DNA of 64,000 nucleotides from Eubacteriales Family XIII. Incertae Sedis bacterium (GTDB lineage Bacteria; Bacillota; Clostridia; Peptostreptococcales; Anaerovoracaceae): NCBI GenBank assembly GCA_031274195.1, contig JAISQM010000009.1, positions 13,588 to 77,587 of the forward strand, read 5' to 3'. Shown piece by piece: positions 54,376 to 64,000 of this stretch (position 1 is its first letter; each line of letters starts with the position of its first letter). The notes under the pieces were generated by a model. It saw only the letters and a program-made list of their open reading frames with translations, ran no database searches and was not told where the DNA came from. The position numbers and the translations under genes were made by a program.

Positions 54376-54675
54376 ATGAAAACAAATGTTAAAGAAAACG
54401 GAAATGAGCACATTATTGAGGTTGAGGGGCGACTCGACACACTCACCTCTCCGGCTCTGCAGGAGCTGTTGGTCGATTCTGTTTCAAAGTTCAAGACGAC
54501 GGTGCTCGACTTTTCTGCGTTGGAGTATGTGAGCAGCGCCGGTCTGAGAACCTTGCTCATAGGCGAGAAAACGGCGAAAAATCGGGGTGTTTCATTGATT
54601 ATAAGGCATGTGCCCGATTCTGTTCGCGAAGTCCTCTTTATGACCGGATTTACCAAGATACTTACGATCGAGTAA
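54376..54675 (+). CDS. STAS-domain anti-sigma-factor antagonist (SpoIIAA/RsbV-like)
   Basis: IIEVEGRLDTLTSPALQELL...LDFSALEYVSSAGLRTLL has the conserved phosphorylatable Ser context. ATG 54376 lies 6 nt after GGAGGA. Confidence 0.85.
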   Translation: MKTNVKENGNEHIIEVEGRLDTLTSPALQELLVDSVSKFKTTVLDFSALEYVSSAGLRTLLIGEKTAKNRGVSLIIRHVPDSVREVLFMTGFTKILTIE

Positions 54676-54695
54676 TTACGGAAGCCGAGGGTATA

Positions 54696-55628
54696 ATGGA
54701 CGAGATTCTGTATAGAAAAGCGAAAGAAAAAGACTTGCCGGGGATCACGGATTGTATTGTGAGCGTCTATGGCGAAAACAGCTATTACGCCCGATTTTAC
54801 GATTCGCATTATCTGAACGGCATGCTTGACCGTATCTTCATCGCCGAATTGGACGGAGAGGTGGTCGGCACGCTTGTGCTCTCGGATTGGGGCTATAAGG
54901 GTCTGGATCGCGAGCTCAGCACGTTTATTGTGCGCAAGGGCATAAGGAGCCGGCATGTCGGTGCCGAGTTGCTTGCCTATACGCTGGACGCGATAAGCCA
55001 TCTCCCCTCTGTAAAAGGCGCGAATGTGACGCATCACACATACTCACAGATTCTCACGGAGCGCAACGGCTATATCCCGACGGGGCTTCTGTTTGGCGTT
55101 TTTCGTGAAAAGTCCGCGCTTGTTTTTATCGTACGCAATTACAATGTCCATGATATCGGTCAGATATTCGTCCCTGAAGCGTTGCTTCCCGCGGCGGAAG
55201 CGCTGTATCGGACGCTCGGTGTGACGTTTAGGAATGCGGTAGGCGCCGCCGGGAACATTCCGGATCAGGCGGATATTTGGTATGACCACGACGCGCATTT
55301 TCAATCTGTGGAGATATACATATTGGGATACGGAGCGGATTGCGCCGATCGGATATCTGAAATAGAAGCGGCCTGCGCATCGCCGGATTTGACTTCGAAT
55401 GTATATATCGATATGCGAAGTCCAAACGCGCCGGCGGCTTATGAGGCGCTTGCCGGAGCGGATTGTGTCTACACGGGTTTCATGCCTTTGAGCGAGGCTC
55501 ATGAGTATATCATTCTGCACAGGGCGGCCGGTCGGCCGATGGATTATGACGCGCTAAAGCTCACGACGTACACCGAGCAGACGCTTGCCGAACTCGGTGC
55601 TTTGGGCGGTAACGGGCAGACTCTTTGA
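54696..55628 (+). CDS. GNAT-family N-acetyltransferase (N-terminal GNAT domain plus C-terminal extension)
   Basis: IFIAELDGEVVGTLVLSD...FIVRKGIRSRHVGAELLAYTL resembles the GNAT core. Confidence 0.65.
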   Translation: MDEILYRKAKEKDLPGITDCIVSVYGENSYYARFYDSHYLNGMLDRIFIAELDGEVVGTLVLSDWGYKGLDRELSTFIVRKGIRSRHVGAELLAYTLDAISHLPSVKGANVTHHTYSQILTERNGYIPTGLLFGVFREKSALVFIVRNYNVHDIGQIFVPEALLPAAEALYRTLGVTFRNAVGAAGNIPDQADIWYDHDAHFQSVEIYILGYGADCADRISEIEAACASPDLTSNVYIDMRSPNAPAAYEALAGADCVYTGFMPLSEAHEYIILHRAAGRPMDYDALKLTTYTEQTLAELGALGGNGQTL

Positions 55629-55650
55629 TGATTATGAAAGAAGTGGAGTA

Positions 55651-58227
55651 ATGAAAGATAAAAATTATAAAAATTCCATTTACGCGAAGGTTCGGGGCAA
55701 GATGCTCGCGGCATCGTTGCTCTCCGCAGTTGTGATATTCGTAGTCGCAGCCGCCGCGATCTTTATTATCCGCATCAGCGTGGCGGATATGAGCAAGGAG
55801 CTTGGCGATCAAGCGACGAATTACAGTACGGCCGGAATGACGGAAGTGACGCATGAATCACTGCAGAGCGTAGCGACGAATCGGGCGATGCTCAGCGATG
55901 CCAAGTTGCAGACGGTCAGCATGGCGGTCAATATGATTTCCGCTAAAGCGACGGAGATCATGTCGCACCCGGATCGGTATATCGGGCGTGAGGTGCTTCC
56001 TCCCGACCCGAAAAACGACGGGACGATCGTCGCGCAGGTGTCGTATGCCGAGGGTTCAAATCCGTCGGCGCTCAGTCATGAGCTCGGCTTGCTCGGAAAT
56101 CTGCAGGATATACAGATTTCAAGCTTAAAGACGGAGAATACGATCGCATCCATGCAGATCGGCAGCGAAACGGGCATTATGATCATGGTGGATGATATGT
56201 CCGGTACCAAAACCTCCCCGTATGACCCGCGTGTGCGTCCGTGGTATGTCGAGGCGAAGAAAGAAAACACGTTGATCTGGACTGATGTCTTTGACGATTC
56301 GTTTGGGCGGGGACTTTCCATCACCTGCGGTATGCCATATTACAATGAGGCGGGACAGATTCAGGGGGTCGTGAGCGCGGGGATGCTGCTCGCGACGCTG
56401 AATGAGACGGTCATCGATGCCCGCATCGGCGACGGCGGAAAGACTTTCATCGTAAACGAGAACGGCGAAGTCCTGATTTCAGAGGATATTGCAAAGGATA
56501 AGGACGGCAACATCGTCAAGGAAAATCTGCTGAAAAGCGACAGCGAGACCATGCGCGCCGCCGCGGAGAATATGACAAAGGGCGAATCCGGCATCGAATC
56601 CGTCACGTTGGACGGCAAGAACTATTTCATTTCCTACGCGCCGCTTACCGTGCGACCGTGGAGCTTCGCTGTGCTTGTGAAAGAGGACGAGGTTCTCTCG
56701 CACGCCACGGCTATGACGAAGCAGATCTCCAAATTCACCGATGAAACGCTTACCAAGATTGAATGGATATTCCTCATCACATTGGGCGCATTCGCCTTCT
56801 TGTTGCTCGTGATCGCGCTCATCGAAATACGTCATTCGCGCTCGGTGGCTTCGAAAATCACCGCGCCGATCATTTCACTTACGGATAATGTCCGCGCGTT
56901 TGTGAGCGACGAGCATCAGGAGATCGATTTCCATATCGATACGGGTGATGAAATAGAGGAACTCGCGGATTCATTTGCGGATATGAAGGTCAGGCTCAAT
57001 GATTATATAAAAAATCTCACCGTGGTTACGGCGAAAGACGAGCGCATCAGCACGGAATTAAATGTAGCCAAAAGCATACAGGATTCCATGTTGCCGTGCG
57101 TATTTCCGCCGTATCCCGACCGCACGGAGTTTGCGCTCTACGCGAATATGCAGTCCGCCAAGGAGGTGGGCGGAGATTTCTATGACTTCTTCCTCATCGA
57201 TAACAATACCTTGTGCGTCGTCATTGCGGATGTTTCGGGAAAAGGTGTGCCGGGCGCCATGTTCATGGCCATCTCTAAGACCCTCATCAAAAGTAACGCG
57301 CAGTCCGGCCTGCTTCCGAGCGAGGTGTTCGGCATTGTCAACAATATGCTGTACGAGAACAACGAGGCGGAAATGTTCGTGACGGCGTTCATGGGATATC
57401 TCGATATCCCCACCGGCAAATTCTCATTCGTCAATGCGGGCCACAATCCGCCGATCGTGAAGCAGGGCGATCACTTCCGGCAACTCGCGATAGAGCCGGG
57501 CTTTGTGCTCGCGAGTTTCCCAAATGTCCGTTATACGGAAGACTCGTTGATGCTTCGGGCAGGCGACATGCTCTGCATGTATACGGATGGCGTGACGGAG
57601 GCGACCAACAGCGCGAAAGAGTTTTATTCCTTGCAACGGCTGATTCGTGTCGCAAACGCGCAGAACACATCCGATCCCGAGACCTTCACGAAAGGTATCA
57701 AGGAGAGTATAGACCTGTTTGTGGGTGACGAGGAGCGCGCGGACGACATCACGGTTCTCACTCTGAACTACGCCGGTGCGGACATGAACGTCGCGTACGA
57801 TGTGCCGACCTGCATACGCCGGGAGCTTGAAGTCGCCGCGGAAATGAAAAATCTCGAACGCGTATTGGACTTCATAACGGCGCCGCTGCGCGAAAGGGGC
57901 ATCAATGAAGGCTTCATCTCGCAGGTGGAACTCGCGGTGGAGGAAGTGTTTGTGAATATCGTCCACTATGCCTATGCTCCGCGCCGAGGTTCCGCGAAGA
58001 TAAAGCTTTTCTGCGGTGAGAACATGACCTTGATCTTTGAGGATGGGGGCGCACCCTTTAACCCGCTTTCGGCCGTGGAACCCGATATCGATCTGCCCAT
58101 AAACAGGCGTAAGATCGGCGGCCTCGGCATCTTCATGACAAAGAAAATCATGGATTCCGTGATGTACCGATACGAGGACGGGAAGAATGTGCTGACGATC
58201 AGCAAGAAGCCGCCCGGTGTGAGTTGA
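55651..58227 (+). CDS. Sensor fusion: TM, Cache-like domain, TM, HAMP, PP2C (SpoIIE-type) phosphatase, HATPase (RsbW/SpoIIAB-like kinase)
   Basis: Cache-like segment (RPWYVEAKKENTLIWTDVFDDSFGRGLSITCGMPYY). PP2C/SpoIIE motifs (AKSIQDSMLP, GGDFYDFF, VVIADVSGKGVPGAMFMA, YTDGVTEA). C-terminal anti-sigma-kinase-like region (VELAVEEVFVNIVHYAY...GGLGIFMTKKIMD). Confidence 0.8.
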   Translation: MKDKNYKNSIYAKVRGKMLAASLLSAVVIFVVAAAAIFIIRISVADMSKELGDQATNYSTAGMTEVTHESLQSVATNRAMLSDAKLQTVSMAVNMISAKATEIMSHPDRYIGREVLPPDPKNDGTIVAQVSYAEGSNPSALSHELGLLGNLQDIQISSLKTENTIASMQIGSETGIMIMVDDMSGTKTSPYDPRVRPWYVEAKKENTLIWTDVFDDSFGRGLSITCGMPYYNEAGQIQGVVSAGMLLATLNETVIDARIGDGGKTFIVNENGEVLISEDIAKDKDGNIVKENLLKSDSETMRAAAENMTKGESGIESVTLDGKNYFISYAPLTVRPWSFAVLVKEDEVLSHATAMTKQISKFTDETLTKIEWIFLITLGAFAFLLLVIALIEIRHSRSVASKITAPIISLTDNVRAFVSDEHQEIDFHIDTGDEIEELADSFADMKVRLNDYIKNLTVVTAKDERISTELNVAKSIQDSMLPCVFPPYPDRTEFALYANMQSAKEVGGDFYDFFLIDNNTLCVVIADVSGKGVPGAMFMAISKTLIKSNAQSGLLPSEVFGIVNNMLYENNEAEMFVTAFMGYLDIPTGKFSFVNAGHNPPIVKQGDHFRQLAIEPGFVLASFPNVRYTEDSLMLRAGDMLCMYTDGVTEATNSAKEFYSLQRLIRVANAQNTSDPETFTKGIKESIDLFVGDEERADDITVLTLNYAGADMNVAYDVPTCIRRELEVAAEMKNLERVLDFITAPLRERGINEGFISQVELAVEEVFVNIVHYAYAPRRGSAKIKLFCGENMTLIFEDGGAPFNPLSAVEPDIDLPINRRKIGGLGIFMTKKIMDSVMYRYEDGKNVLTISKKPPGVS

Positions 58228-58298
58228 CGGGGCAGGCTTCCCGCGCGCCTAAGCGGACGCTCGTTAATAGACGATGAACCCCATCTGTATTCACAGAT

Positions 58299-58874
58299 TC
58301 AGCGATATCGATTCGATTCTGTAATGATCTGATCCGGCGGCACATCCCATTCATCGTGACACAAATTTTCGATCTGCTGGCACTCATACGCGATTGCGAT
58401 GCTCACGGCATTTTCGCATAAGGGCAGATATCTGTCGTAATACCCCGCGCCCCAACCGACGCGAAGTCTTCTGCGTCCCTCGAACGCGACGCAAGGAACG
58501 ATCACAAGATCGATGTCTGCCGGGTCAAGTATGAAAGAGCGTTCTTTGATCGGCGATTTTATCCCATATCTCCCGATGTCCCAATCCTCGGAGGTGTGCG
58601 GAATTGCCGCGATCATGACGCCATCCTCAATGCAGATCGGAAACGCGAGTCTCTTTCCGGCTCGAAGCGCACGTTCATTCATAAGCGACACATCCGCTTC
58701 GTCGTCGAACGGCTGATAGGAAAATATCGTCCGCGCTCTCTCAAACTCGGGCGTGCGCATCACTTTTCGTGAAATTTTCGCACTGAATTGGTGCGCCGTC
58801 TCTTTGTCCAACGACCTGCGCGCGGCCAAGGCGGCCACGCGCTGAGTAGATTTTGTACAGAGCGAAATCCTCAC
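58299..58874 (-). CDS. 5-formyltetrahydrofolate cyclo-ligase
   Basis: IFSYQPFDDEADV, DLVIVPCVAFE and GWGAGYYDRYL motifs. Confidence 0.85.
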   Translation of the reverse strand: MRISLCTKSTQRVAALAARRSLDKETAHQFSAKISRKVMRTPEFERARTIFSYQPFDDEADVSLMNERALRAGKRLAFPICIEDGVMIAAIPHTSEDWDIGRYGIKSPIKERSFILDPADIDLVIVPCVAFEGRRRLRVGWGAGYYDRYLPLCENAVSIAIAYECQQIENLCHDEWDVPPDQIITESNRYR

Positions 58875-59935
58875 TCTGCTTTGATCGCGCCCCCGCTGAC
58901 CGCGCCCCCACTGACGGCACCACCGGTGATGGCTCCGCCCGTAACATATTCATCTCCGAGATAGACTTGCCGCAACATGTCCTCTGTCGCCTCGTCGCCT
59001 GTTGGTTTCCAGAATGACAGACTGCTGCCTTTGATGCTGCCGGAAGCCCCCGGCAGTAAAAACGATTTTACATTGGCGGAATCCATACCAATGGCCTTGC
59101 CCGCGAGATAGAGGATTGCCCTGTTCGTGATATCGGAATCCACATTCTCGACCACGGTATTGGCCACAGTAGTCAGCTGCATCTCCATCGCCTGTTTGAT
59201 GGCGCTTTTGACGAATTCCTGCTGCGCCTCGACTCTGCCGAGATCGCCATTCACATAGCCCGACCGGAAGCGCAGATATTGCACAGCCTTATCGCCGTCC
59301 AGCACCTGTTCGCCCGCCTTGATGTTGATGTAGAGGTCTTGGGACTTGCTCGTATAGCGCATGTCCTTTTTTATATTCATCGGAACGCCGCCGATGGAAT
59401 CAATGATATTCTTGACACCGTCGTAGTTTATGATCGCGTAATAGTTGATGGGAATGCCGAGCAACACCTCGTGTACGGCTCGCGCCATTTCCTCCGGTCC
59501 CTTGTGGGCGATCGAATTGATTTTCAGAAGCTCACTGCGGTATCCGGGGCGCTCATAATAGGTATCCCGCGGGATGGAGATGATGTCCGCCACCTGTTTT
59601 TCCGGGTCGAAACTGGCGAGCATGATGGTGTCTGCCAGACCTTCATCCGTGGTACCCATCAGCAGGACATTGACGCGTTTTGAATCCTTAAACTCGTCGG
59701 CAAATATCCCTTCCGCCGGAATGAGAATGTCCATCTTTTCTTCCGTCTGCTCCCGAATTTTCTGTACTTCGTTGTTCTTTTCCATCGGACGTTGATTGAG
59801 TATCGTGGCAAAGATTCCGATGCCCGAAGTAAATACAACAGCGCAGGCGATGAATGTGATTACGAAGAACTTAGCGAACGTCTTTTTCGTCGTCGTTGGT
59901 TTTCTCTCTTTTTGTTTCTTTGATAATTTAGCCAA
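58871..59935 (-). CDS. LCP (LytR-CpsA-Psr) family protein
   Basis: N-terminal TM, then RVNVLLMGTTDEGLADTIMLASFDP...ISIPRDTY. Gly-rich GGAVSGGAVSGGAI tail. Confidence 0.85.
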   Translation of the reverse strand: MAKLSKKQKERKPTTTKKTFAKFFVITFIACAVVFTSGIGIFATILNQRPMEKNNEVQKIREQTEEKMDILIPAEGIFADEFKDSKRVNVLLMGTTDEGLADTIMLASFDPEKQVADIISIPRDTYYERPGYRSELLKINSIAHKGPEEMARAVHEVLLGIPINYYAIINYDGVKNIIDSIGGVPMNIKKDMRYTSKSQDLYINIKAGEQVLDGDKAVQYLRFRSGYVNGDLGRVEAQQEFVKSAIKQAMEMQLTTVANTVVENVDSDITNRAILYLAGKAIGMDSANVKSFLLPGASGSIKGSSLSFWKPTGDEATEDMLRQVYLGDEYVTGGAITGGAVSGGAVSGGAIKAE

Positions 59936-60040
59936 GAATCTATTTCCTCCTATAAAATGAGTCGCCCAATTCGTGTCGTGAGCTCGGTCGGTTCGTTTGG
60001 GCGAGCCTCTGTATCCCCCGTTTTGAAGTGCCGATATCGT

Positions 60041-60982
60041 TTATTCTTCCGGCGGCACCATACTGTAGATCGTATTCATCATCTCAGCCGTCTTACCTTC
60101 GTCGACCAAGAAGTATGATGCTCCATTAAACGTAGAAGATTCGCCGGGTGTCATATATGTGGCGATATCCTCCGTGTCCATTCCCACCGCCTTGCCGGCG
60201 ATCCGCACGGCCATTTTTAGCTTCATATTGCTATCGACTTCCTCCATCACAGCCTTTGCCACTTTCGGAAAGCCGAAACCGATACTCTGCTTGAACGCCT
60301 CCTTGATGAAGTTTTGCTGCGCCTCCACTCTGCCGATATCCCCGGTGGGATATCCTTTCCTGAACCTGAGGAACTGCACCGCCTGATCTCCGGTCAGAAC
60401 CTGATTGCCCTTTTTGAGATCGATATACAGATCCTGATCCAAATCCGTATATTTCATGTCCATAGGGACATCGATCTCCACACCGCCCATAGCGTCTACG
60501 ATGTGCGCAACCCCGTCGTCGCTGATGATTTCATAAAAATGGATGGGAACGCCGGACAAAACATTGCTCACCGCCTCCGCCGCTTTTTCAACGCCCTCTG
60601 TCTTATAGACGGAATTGATTTTCTGATACGCGGCGCCGGGATAATCAGGCCGCTCGTAGTACGTGTCGCGCGGCACCGAGATCACATCCACTCGCTGCAA
60701 CTCCGTATCAAAGCTTCCGAGCATGATCGTATCGGTCAATTCCTGATTATGCCCGAGAAGCAGGACATTCACACGTTTTGAATCCTTGTACTTTTTCGCG
60801 AATTCACTGTCGCCTCCGGCAATCGGCGAGATATCCTCCATGATATCTCCGCCGAAAAGACCGAAGAATCCATACTTGTCTATAACGAACAGCCCAAGCG
60901 TGAATACGATCAGTAAAATCAGAAAAACCGATAAAAAAATCTTCCCAAATGACTTCTTTTTTCCTCTTTGTCTGTTCGTCAT
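60041..60982 (-). CDS. LCP (LytR-CpsA-Psr) family protein, second copy
   Basis: RVNVLLLGHNQELTDTIMLGSFDT...ISVPRDTYY. Paralogous to the adjacent gene. Confidence 0.85.
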   Translation of the reverse strand: MTNRQRGKKKSFGKIFLSVFLILLIVFTLGLFVIDKYGFFGLFGGDIMEDISPIAGGDSEFAKKYKDSKRVNVLLLGHNQELTDTIMLGSFDTELQRVDVISVPRDTYYERPDYPGAAYQKINSVYKTEGVEKAAEAVSNVLSGVPIHFYEIISDDGVAHIVDAMGGVEIDVPMDMKYTDLDQDLYIDLKKGNQVLTGDQAVQFLRFRKGYPTGDIGRVEAQQNFIKEAFKQSIGFGFPKVAKAVMEEVDSNMKLKMAVRIAGKAVGMDTEDIATYMTPGESSTFNGASYFLVDEGKTAEMMNTIYSMVPPEE

Positions 60983-61015
60983 ATTCGTTATGAAAAATTT
61001 TTCTCAATCACCGTT

Positions 61016-61861
61016 TTACTGATAATCGAAGAAACCTTTTCCGCTTTTCCTTCCCAATTCACCGGCGCGAACCTTCTTCCGCAGTAACGGATGAGGTCTG
61101 TACTTCGTATCGCCGAATTCCGAGTAGAGCACCTCCATGATGGCGAGACATACGTCCAATCCGACCAGATCGCCCAAAGCAAGCGGACCCATCGGATGAT
61201 TCGCACCGAGTTTCATCGCTTCGTCGATTTCCTCCGCCTTCGCGACGCCATCCGCCAGAATGCCTGCCGCCTCGTTAATCATGGGAATCAAAATCCGATT
61301 TACCACAAATCCCGGCGCTTCCTCCACCTCGACGGGTGTCTTGCCCAGCGTCCGTGTCAGTTCCACGATGGTGTTCTTCGTTTCCTCCGAAGTGGCAAGC
61401 CCCTTGATGATCTCCACCAACTTCATCATCGGCACCGGATTGAAAAAGTGCATTCCGATGATCTTATCCGCCCGCTTCGTCGCGGCCGCAATCTCCGTGA
61501 TGGAGAGTGACGACGTGTTTGTCGCAATGATCGTGTCCGGTTTGCACAGCGCATCAAGCTCCGCGAACAGCGCCTTTTTCGACTCCATTTCCTCTGTCGC
61601 CGCTTCGATGATCAGATCCGCGTCGGCCACGATGGAAATATCCGTAGAACCCTTGATTCTGCTGAGTGTTTCATCTTTATCCGCGGCGGCGATCTTCTCT
61701 TTTGCCACCAACCGATCCAAATTTTTTGTAACCGTCGCGATACCCTTCTCGACGGAGGACTCACGCCTCGCCCTGAGTACCACTTCAAATCCGTTTTGCG
61801 CCAATACCTGAATGATGCCCGCGCCCATTGTTCCTGTTCCGAGTACGCCTATCTTTTTCAT
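61016..61861 (-). CDS. hbd: 3-hydroxybutyryl-CoA dehydrogenase
   Basis: [16 protein letters not shown] Rossmann motif, [21 protein letters not shown], and a typical length of 281 aa. Confidence 0.9.
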   Translation of the reverse strand: MKKIGVLGTGTMGAGIIQVLAQNGFEVVLRARRESSVEKGIATVTKNLDRLVAKEKIAAADKDETLSRIKGSTDISIVADADLIIEAATEEMESKKALFAELDALCKPDTIIATNTSSLSITEIAAATKRADKIIGMHFFNPVPMMKLVEIIKGLATSEETKNTIVELTRTLGKTPVEVEEAPGFVVNRILIPMINEAAGILADGVAKAEEIDEAMKLGANHPMGPLALGDLVGLDVCLAIMEVLYSEFGDTKYRPHPLLRKKVRAGELGRKSGKGFFDYQ

Positions 61862-62030
61862 GACAACCTACCTCCCCGGTTCGCTACCGCAATTTCATTA
61901 GTATTACCCTGCTTAATGTTAACCTGTTGCCCCTGTGCAATCTTATAACAATAGAAAGAAAGCGCAGAGTGTCGCACACCTATTTTCTCTTAAATATCGG
62001 TGTTTTTCAAGTTAAATTTCTATTTCATTT

Positions 62031-63263
62031 TCATTTTAACGCGGACATCATTTCCGCTTTATACGCTTCCACACCCGGCTGATTGAAGGGATTTACGCCC
62101 ATCAACAGACCTGTGACGCCGCAGGTCAACTCGAAGAAATAGACGAGAAGCCCAAAGCAATACGCGCTTGTGTCTGACACCTTCATCGCGACGATGGGAA
62201 CGTCGATGGACCGATGCGCCCGAATCATACCGGTGCGCACCGCCGCATTGAGCGACCGCATGTGCTTGCCCGCGTAGAAACCTCCGTCCGCGCCCACGAC
62301 GATATCCTCGGGCATCTCGGTGATGTCGATGAGCGTCTCGCAGAATATCTGATTCCCCTCCTGAAAGAATTGGCCGAGCGAATGCAGATCACGGCTCAAT
62401 CCCACGCTGACCGGCAGCATACCCTTGCCGTCCTTCCCCTCACTCTCGCCGTAGAGCTGCAAAATCCACTCGTTGAAAGACGCCATACACGGCTCGAAAT
62501 AGCCGATCACTTCGACCGTCTTTCCGGAATCCTGCAAACTGCGCCTCACGCAGGCCAACCGCTTTGCCGCATTCGTCAATTCAGCGGAGGCCGCCGCCTT
62601 CGCGCCCTCGAGCACTTGCCGAATGTCTATGCCGGCCACGGCCATCGGCAGTAACCCCACCGGCGTCAGCACCGAATATCTGCCGCCCACATCGCCGGGA
62701 ATGACGAGACTTCCGTAGCCTCTGTCTGTGACTTCCCGGCGCAGCGCGCCGTTTTCCGCGTCGGTGATGGCGTATGTTCGCTTGTTTGCCTCCGTCTCTC
62801 CGTACTTCTCTGTAAGCAGCTCGCGCAGCGCGAGGAAGGCGATGCTCGGTTCCACCGTGCCGCCGGACTTGCTGATATTGCAGAGGCATATCTCCTCATC
62901 CTTGATTTCCGCGAGCAACCGCTTATGATAGGTGCCGCTGAGGTTGAACCCCGCAAAGACGATCCGAGGCGAGCCGCTTATGCCGCCGCCGATAAACTCC
63001 GTGGCGGCTTTTGCGCCCAGATACGAGCCCCCGATGCCGATCACCACGAATACCGTGCATTTGCCCCTGATCTCCGTCGCAAGCGATTCCACCGCCGTCA
63101 GCTCCGCCTCCGTCAGGCGGGACGCGTACTCCACCCAACCGGTATACGGCATCTCCCGCGAAAGCAGTGCCGCATAGTGCAACTCCGCTTCCGCTGCGTA
63201 CCCATCGGCTCCGCGCAGAATGTCCGCGTTCATCTCATAGTCTACGGTTATTGTTCTGTTCAT
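62031..63263 (-). CDS. pgi: Glucose-6-phosphate isomerase (short Firmicutes type)
   Basis: VVIGIGGSYLGAKA, ISKSGGTVEP and GGRYSVLTPVGLLP motifs. ATG 63263 is preceded by AAAGGA; the ORF track start is 63290. Confidence 0.9.
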   Translation of the reverse strand: MNRTITVDYEMNADILRGADGYAAEAELHYAALLSREMPYTGWVEYASRLTEAELTAVESLATEIRGKCTVFVVIGIGGSYLGAKAATEFIGGGISGSPRIVFAGFNLSGTYHKRLLAEIKDEEICLCNISKSGGTVEPSIAFLALRELLTEKYGETEANKRTYAITDAENGALRREVTDRGYGSLVIPGDVGGRYSVLTPVGLLPMAVAGIDIRQVLEGAKAAASAELTNAAKRLACVRRSLQDSGKTVEVIGYFEPCMASFNEWILQLYGESEGKDGKGMLPVSVGLSRDLHSLGQFFQEGNQIFCETLIDITEMPEDIVVGADGGFYAGKHMRSLNAAVRTGMIRAHRSIDVPIVAMKVSDTSAYCFGLLVYFFELTCGVTGLLMGVNPFNQPGVEAYKAEMMSALK

Positions 63264-63295
63264 CTTCGTATCCTTTCTATATTTAATCAATGCGA

Positions 63296-64000
63296 CTATT
63301 CATCTTCGATTTTCACGCCGCGTATCACGGAGCGTTTTTCAGTCTCTTTATATTCCGGCAATACGCTGTGCAACCATGCTTTCACCTCGTCCTCGGTCAT
63401 CAAGGCGAGATGTCCCGCAATGATCTTTTCGAGGGATTCTCCCTTTCTTTGCAGCGCGGCCGACAGTTCCGCGGAAGGCTCCGATGCCGTTCCGAGAAAT
63501 ATCTTGTCGTGCGCGGTCTTGCGAAGCCGCTCATTGTCATAGCTGAGTTCCTCGTAGATCTTTTCTCCGGGTCGCAGCTCGGTGATCACGATGTCGATGT
63601 CCTCGTAAGGCACGTAGCCCGAGAGTTTGATGATGTTCTCCGCCAAGTCCAATATGCGCACGGGTTCGCCCATGTCGAGGATGAATATCTCGCCGCCTTC
63701 CGTCATCGCGCCCGCCTGCATGACCAACTGTACAGCCTCCGGTATCGTCATGAAATAGCGCGTGATGTCCTTATCCGTGACCGTGACCGGTCCGCCGCGT
63801 TCGATCTGTTTCCGGAAGATAGGGATGACGCTGCCGTTGCTGCCCAGCACGTTCCCAAAACGTACCACGGCAAAGGCCGTGTGCGAGTGCTTGCTCTTTT
63901 CCTGAACGACCATTTCCGCGAGACGCTTCGTCGCGCCCATCACATTGCTCGGATTTACGGCCTTGTCGGTGGAGATCATCACGAACCGTTCCACCGCGTA
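63296..64000 (-). CDS. Polysaccharide biosynthesis protein, CapD/UDP-sugar 4,6-dehydratase-like (C-terminal part; continues past the window edge)
   Basis: [64 protein letters not shown] is the classic SDR-extended CapD pattern. The ORF is open at position 64000. Confidence 0.85.
   Translation of the reverse strand, partial: YAVERFVMISTDKAVNPSNVMGATKRLAEMVVQEKSKHSHTAFAVVRFGNVLGSNGSVIPIFRKQIERGGPVTVTDKDITRYFMTIPEAVQLVMQAGAMTEGGEIFILDMGEPVRILDLAENIIKLSGYVPYEDIDIVITELRPGEKIYEELSYDNERLRKTAHDKIFLGTASEPSAELSAALQRKGESLEKIIAGHLALMTEDEVKAWLHSVLPEYKETEKRSVIRGVKIEDE

Noticed and set aside
58875-58935. Short tandem-looking DNA repeats
   Set aside because: They encode the Gly-rich GGAVSGGAVSGGAI tail of the LCP protein, so this is in-frame coding repetition and not a CRISPR or satellite array. 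I saw no CRISPR array anywhere in the window.

Overview
This is a GC-rich, Clostridia-type chromosomal segment; hbd, rex, a clostridial 2x[4Fe-4S] ferredoxin, an ECF RibU behind an FMN riboswitch, LCP proteins and a SpoIIE-type phosphatase all point that way. It splits into four parts. (1) 1-9.9 kb holds housekeeping genes (nifU-like, pepV-like dipeptidase, FMN riboswitch plus ribU, tsaE-tsaB-rimI-tsaD). A small accessory patch interrupts them (gadB, a PIN toxin pair, a Fic remnant, an AAA/DUF4143 ATPase), and copies of a short intergenic repeat bracket each of its blocks. (2) 10-22.3 kb holds three paralogous two-gene cassettes. Each has a well-conserved two-domain GNAT-like acetyltransferase translationally coupled to a large, fast-diverging helical protein with no domain I recognise. 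Each cassette sits behind the same TTGCNN-N17-TATACT promoter. Copy 1 is separated from copies 2 and 3 by acpP, rex, a ferredoxin, an Asp23-fusion gene and a 3'-degenerate ogg-like gene. (3) 22.4-54.3 kb is one uninterrupted plus-strand array. Six genes for mostly membrane or envelope proteins (unknown 600-aa protein, TM protein, HAMP plus degenerate cyclase, MORN-repeat TM protein, TolC-like protein, 901-aa coiled-coil TM protein) run straight into a complete phage-tail-like contractile injection system. That system has a DUF4255 cap, sheath, two tube proteins, a tape-measure-like protein, two tube initiators, gpD hub, gpV spike, gp25, two baseplate-J proteins, a gpI-like protein, an Afp15-type AAA+ ATPase and a DUF4280 PAAR-like tip. 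It has no capsid, portal, terminase or integrase, and no recognisable tail fibre. (4) 54.3-64 kb starts with a partner-switching module (STAS protein, GNAT, dCache-HAMP-PP2C-HATPase fusion), followed by housekeeping genes on the minus strand (5-FTHF cyclo-ligase, two LCP genes, hbd, pgi, partial capD-like). The candidate novel system is the contractile injection system taken together with its upstream membrane module, the triplicated GNAT plus variable-protein cassettes as candidate cargo, and the adjacent partner-switching regulator. All calls come from reading the sequence and ORF translations by eye; no searches were run.
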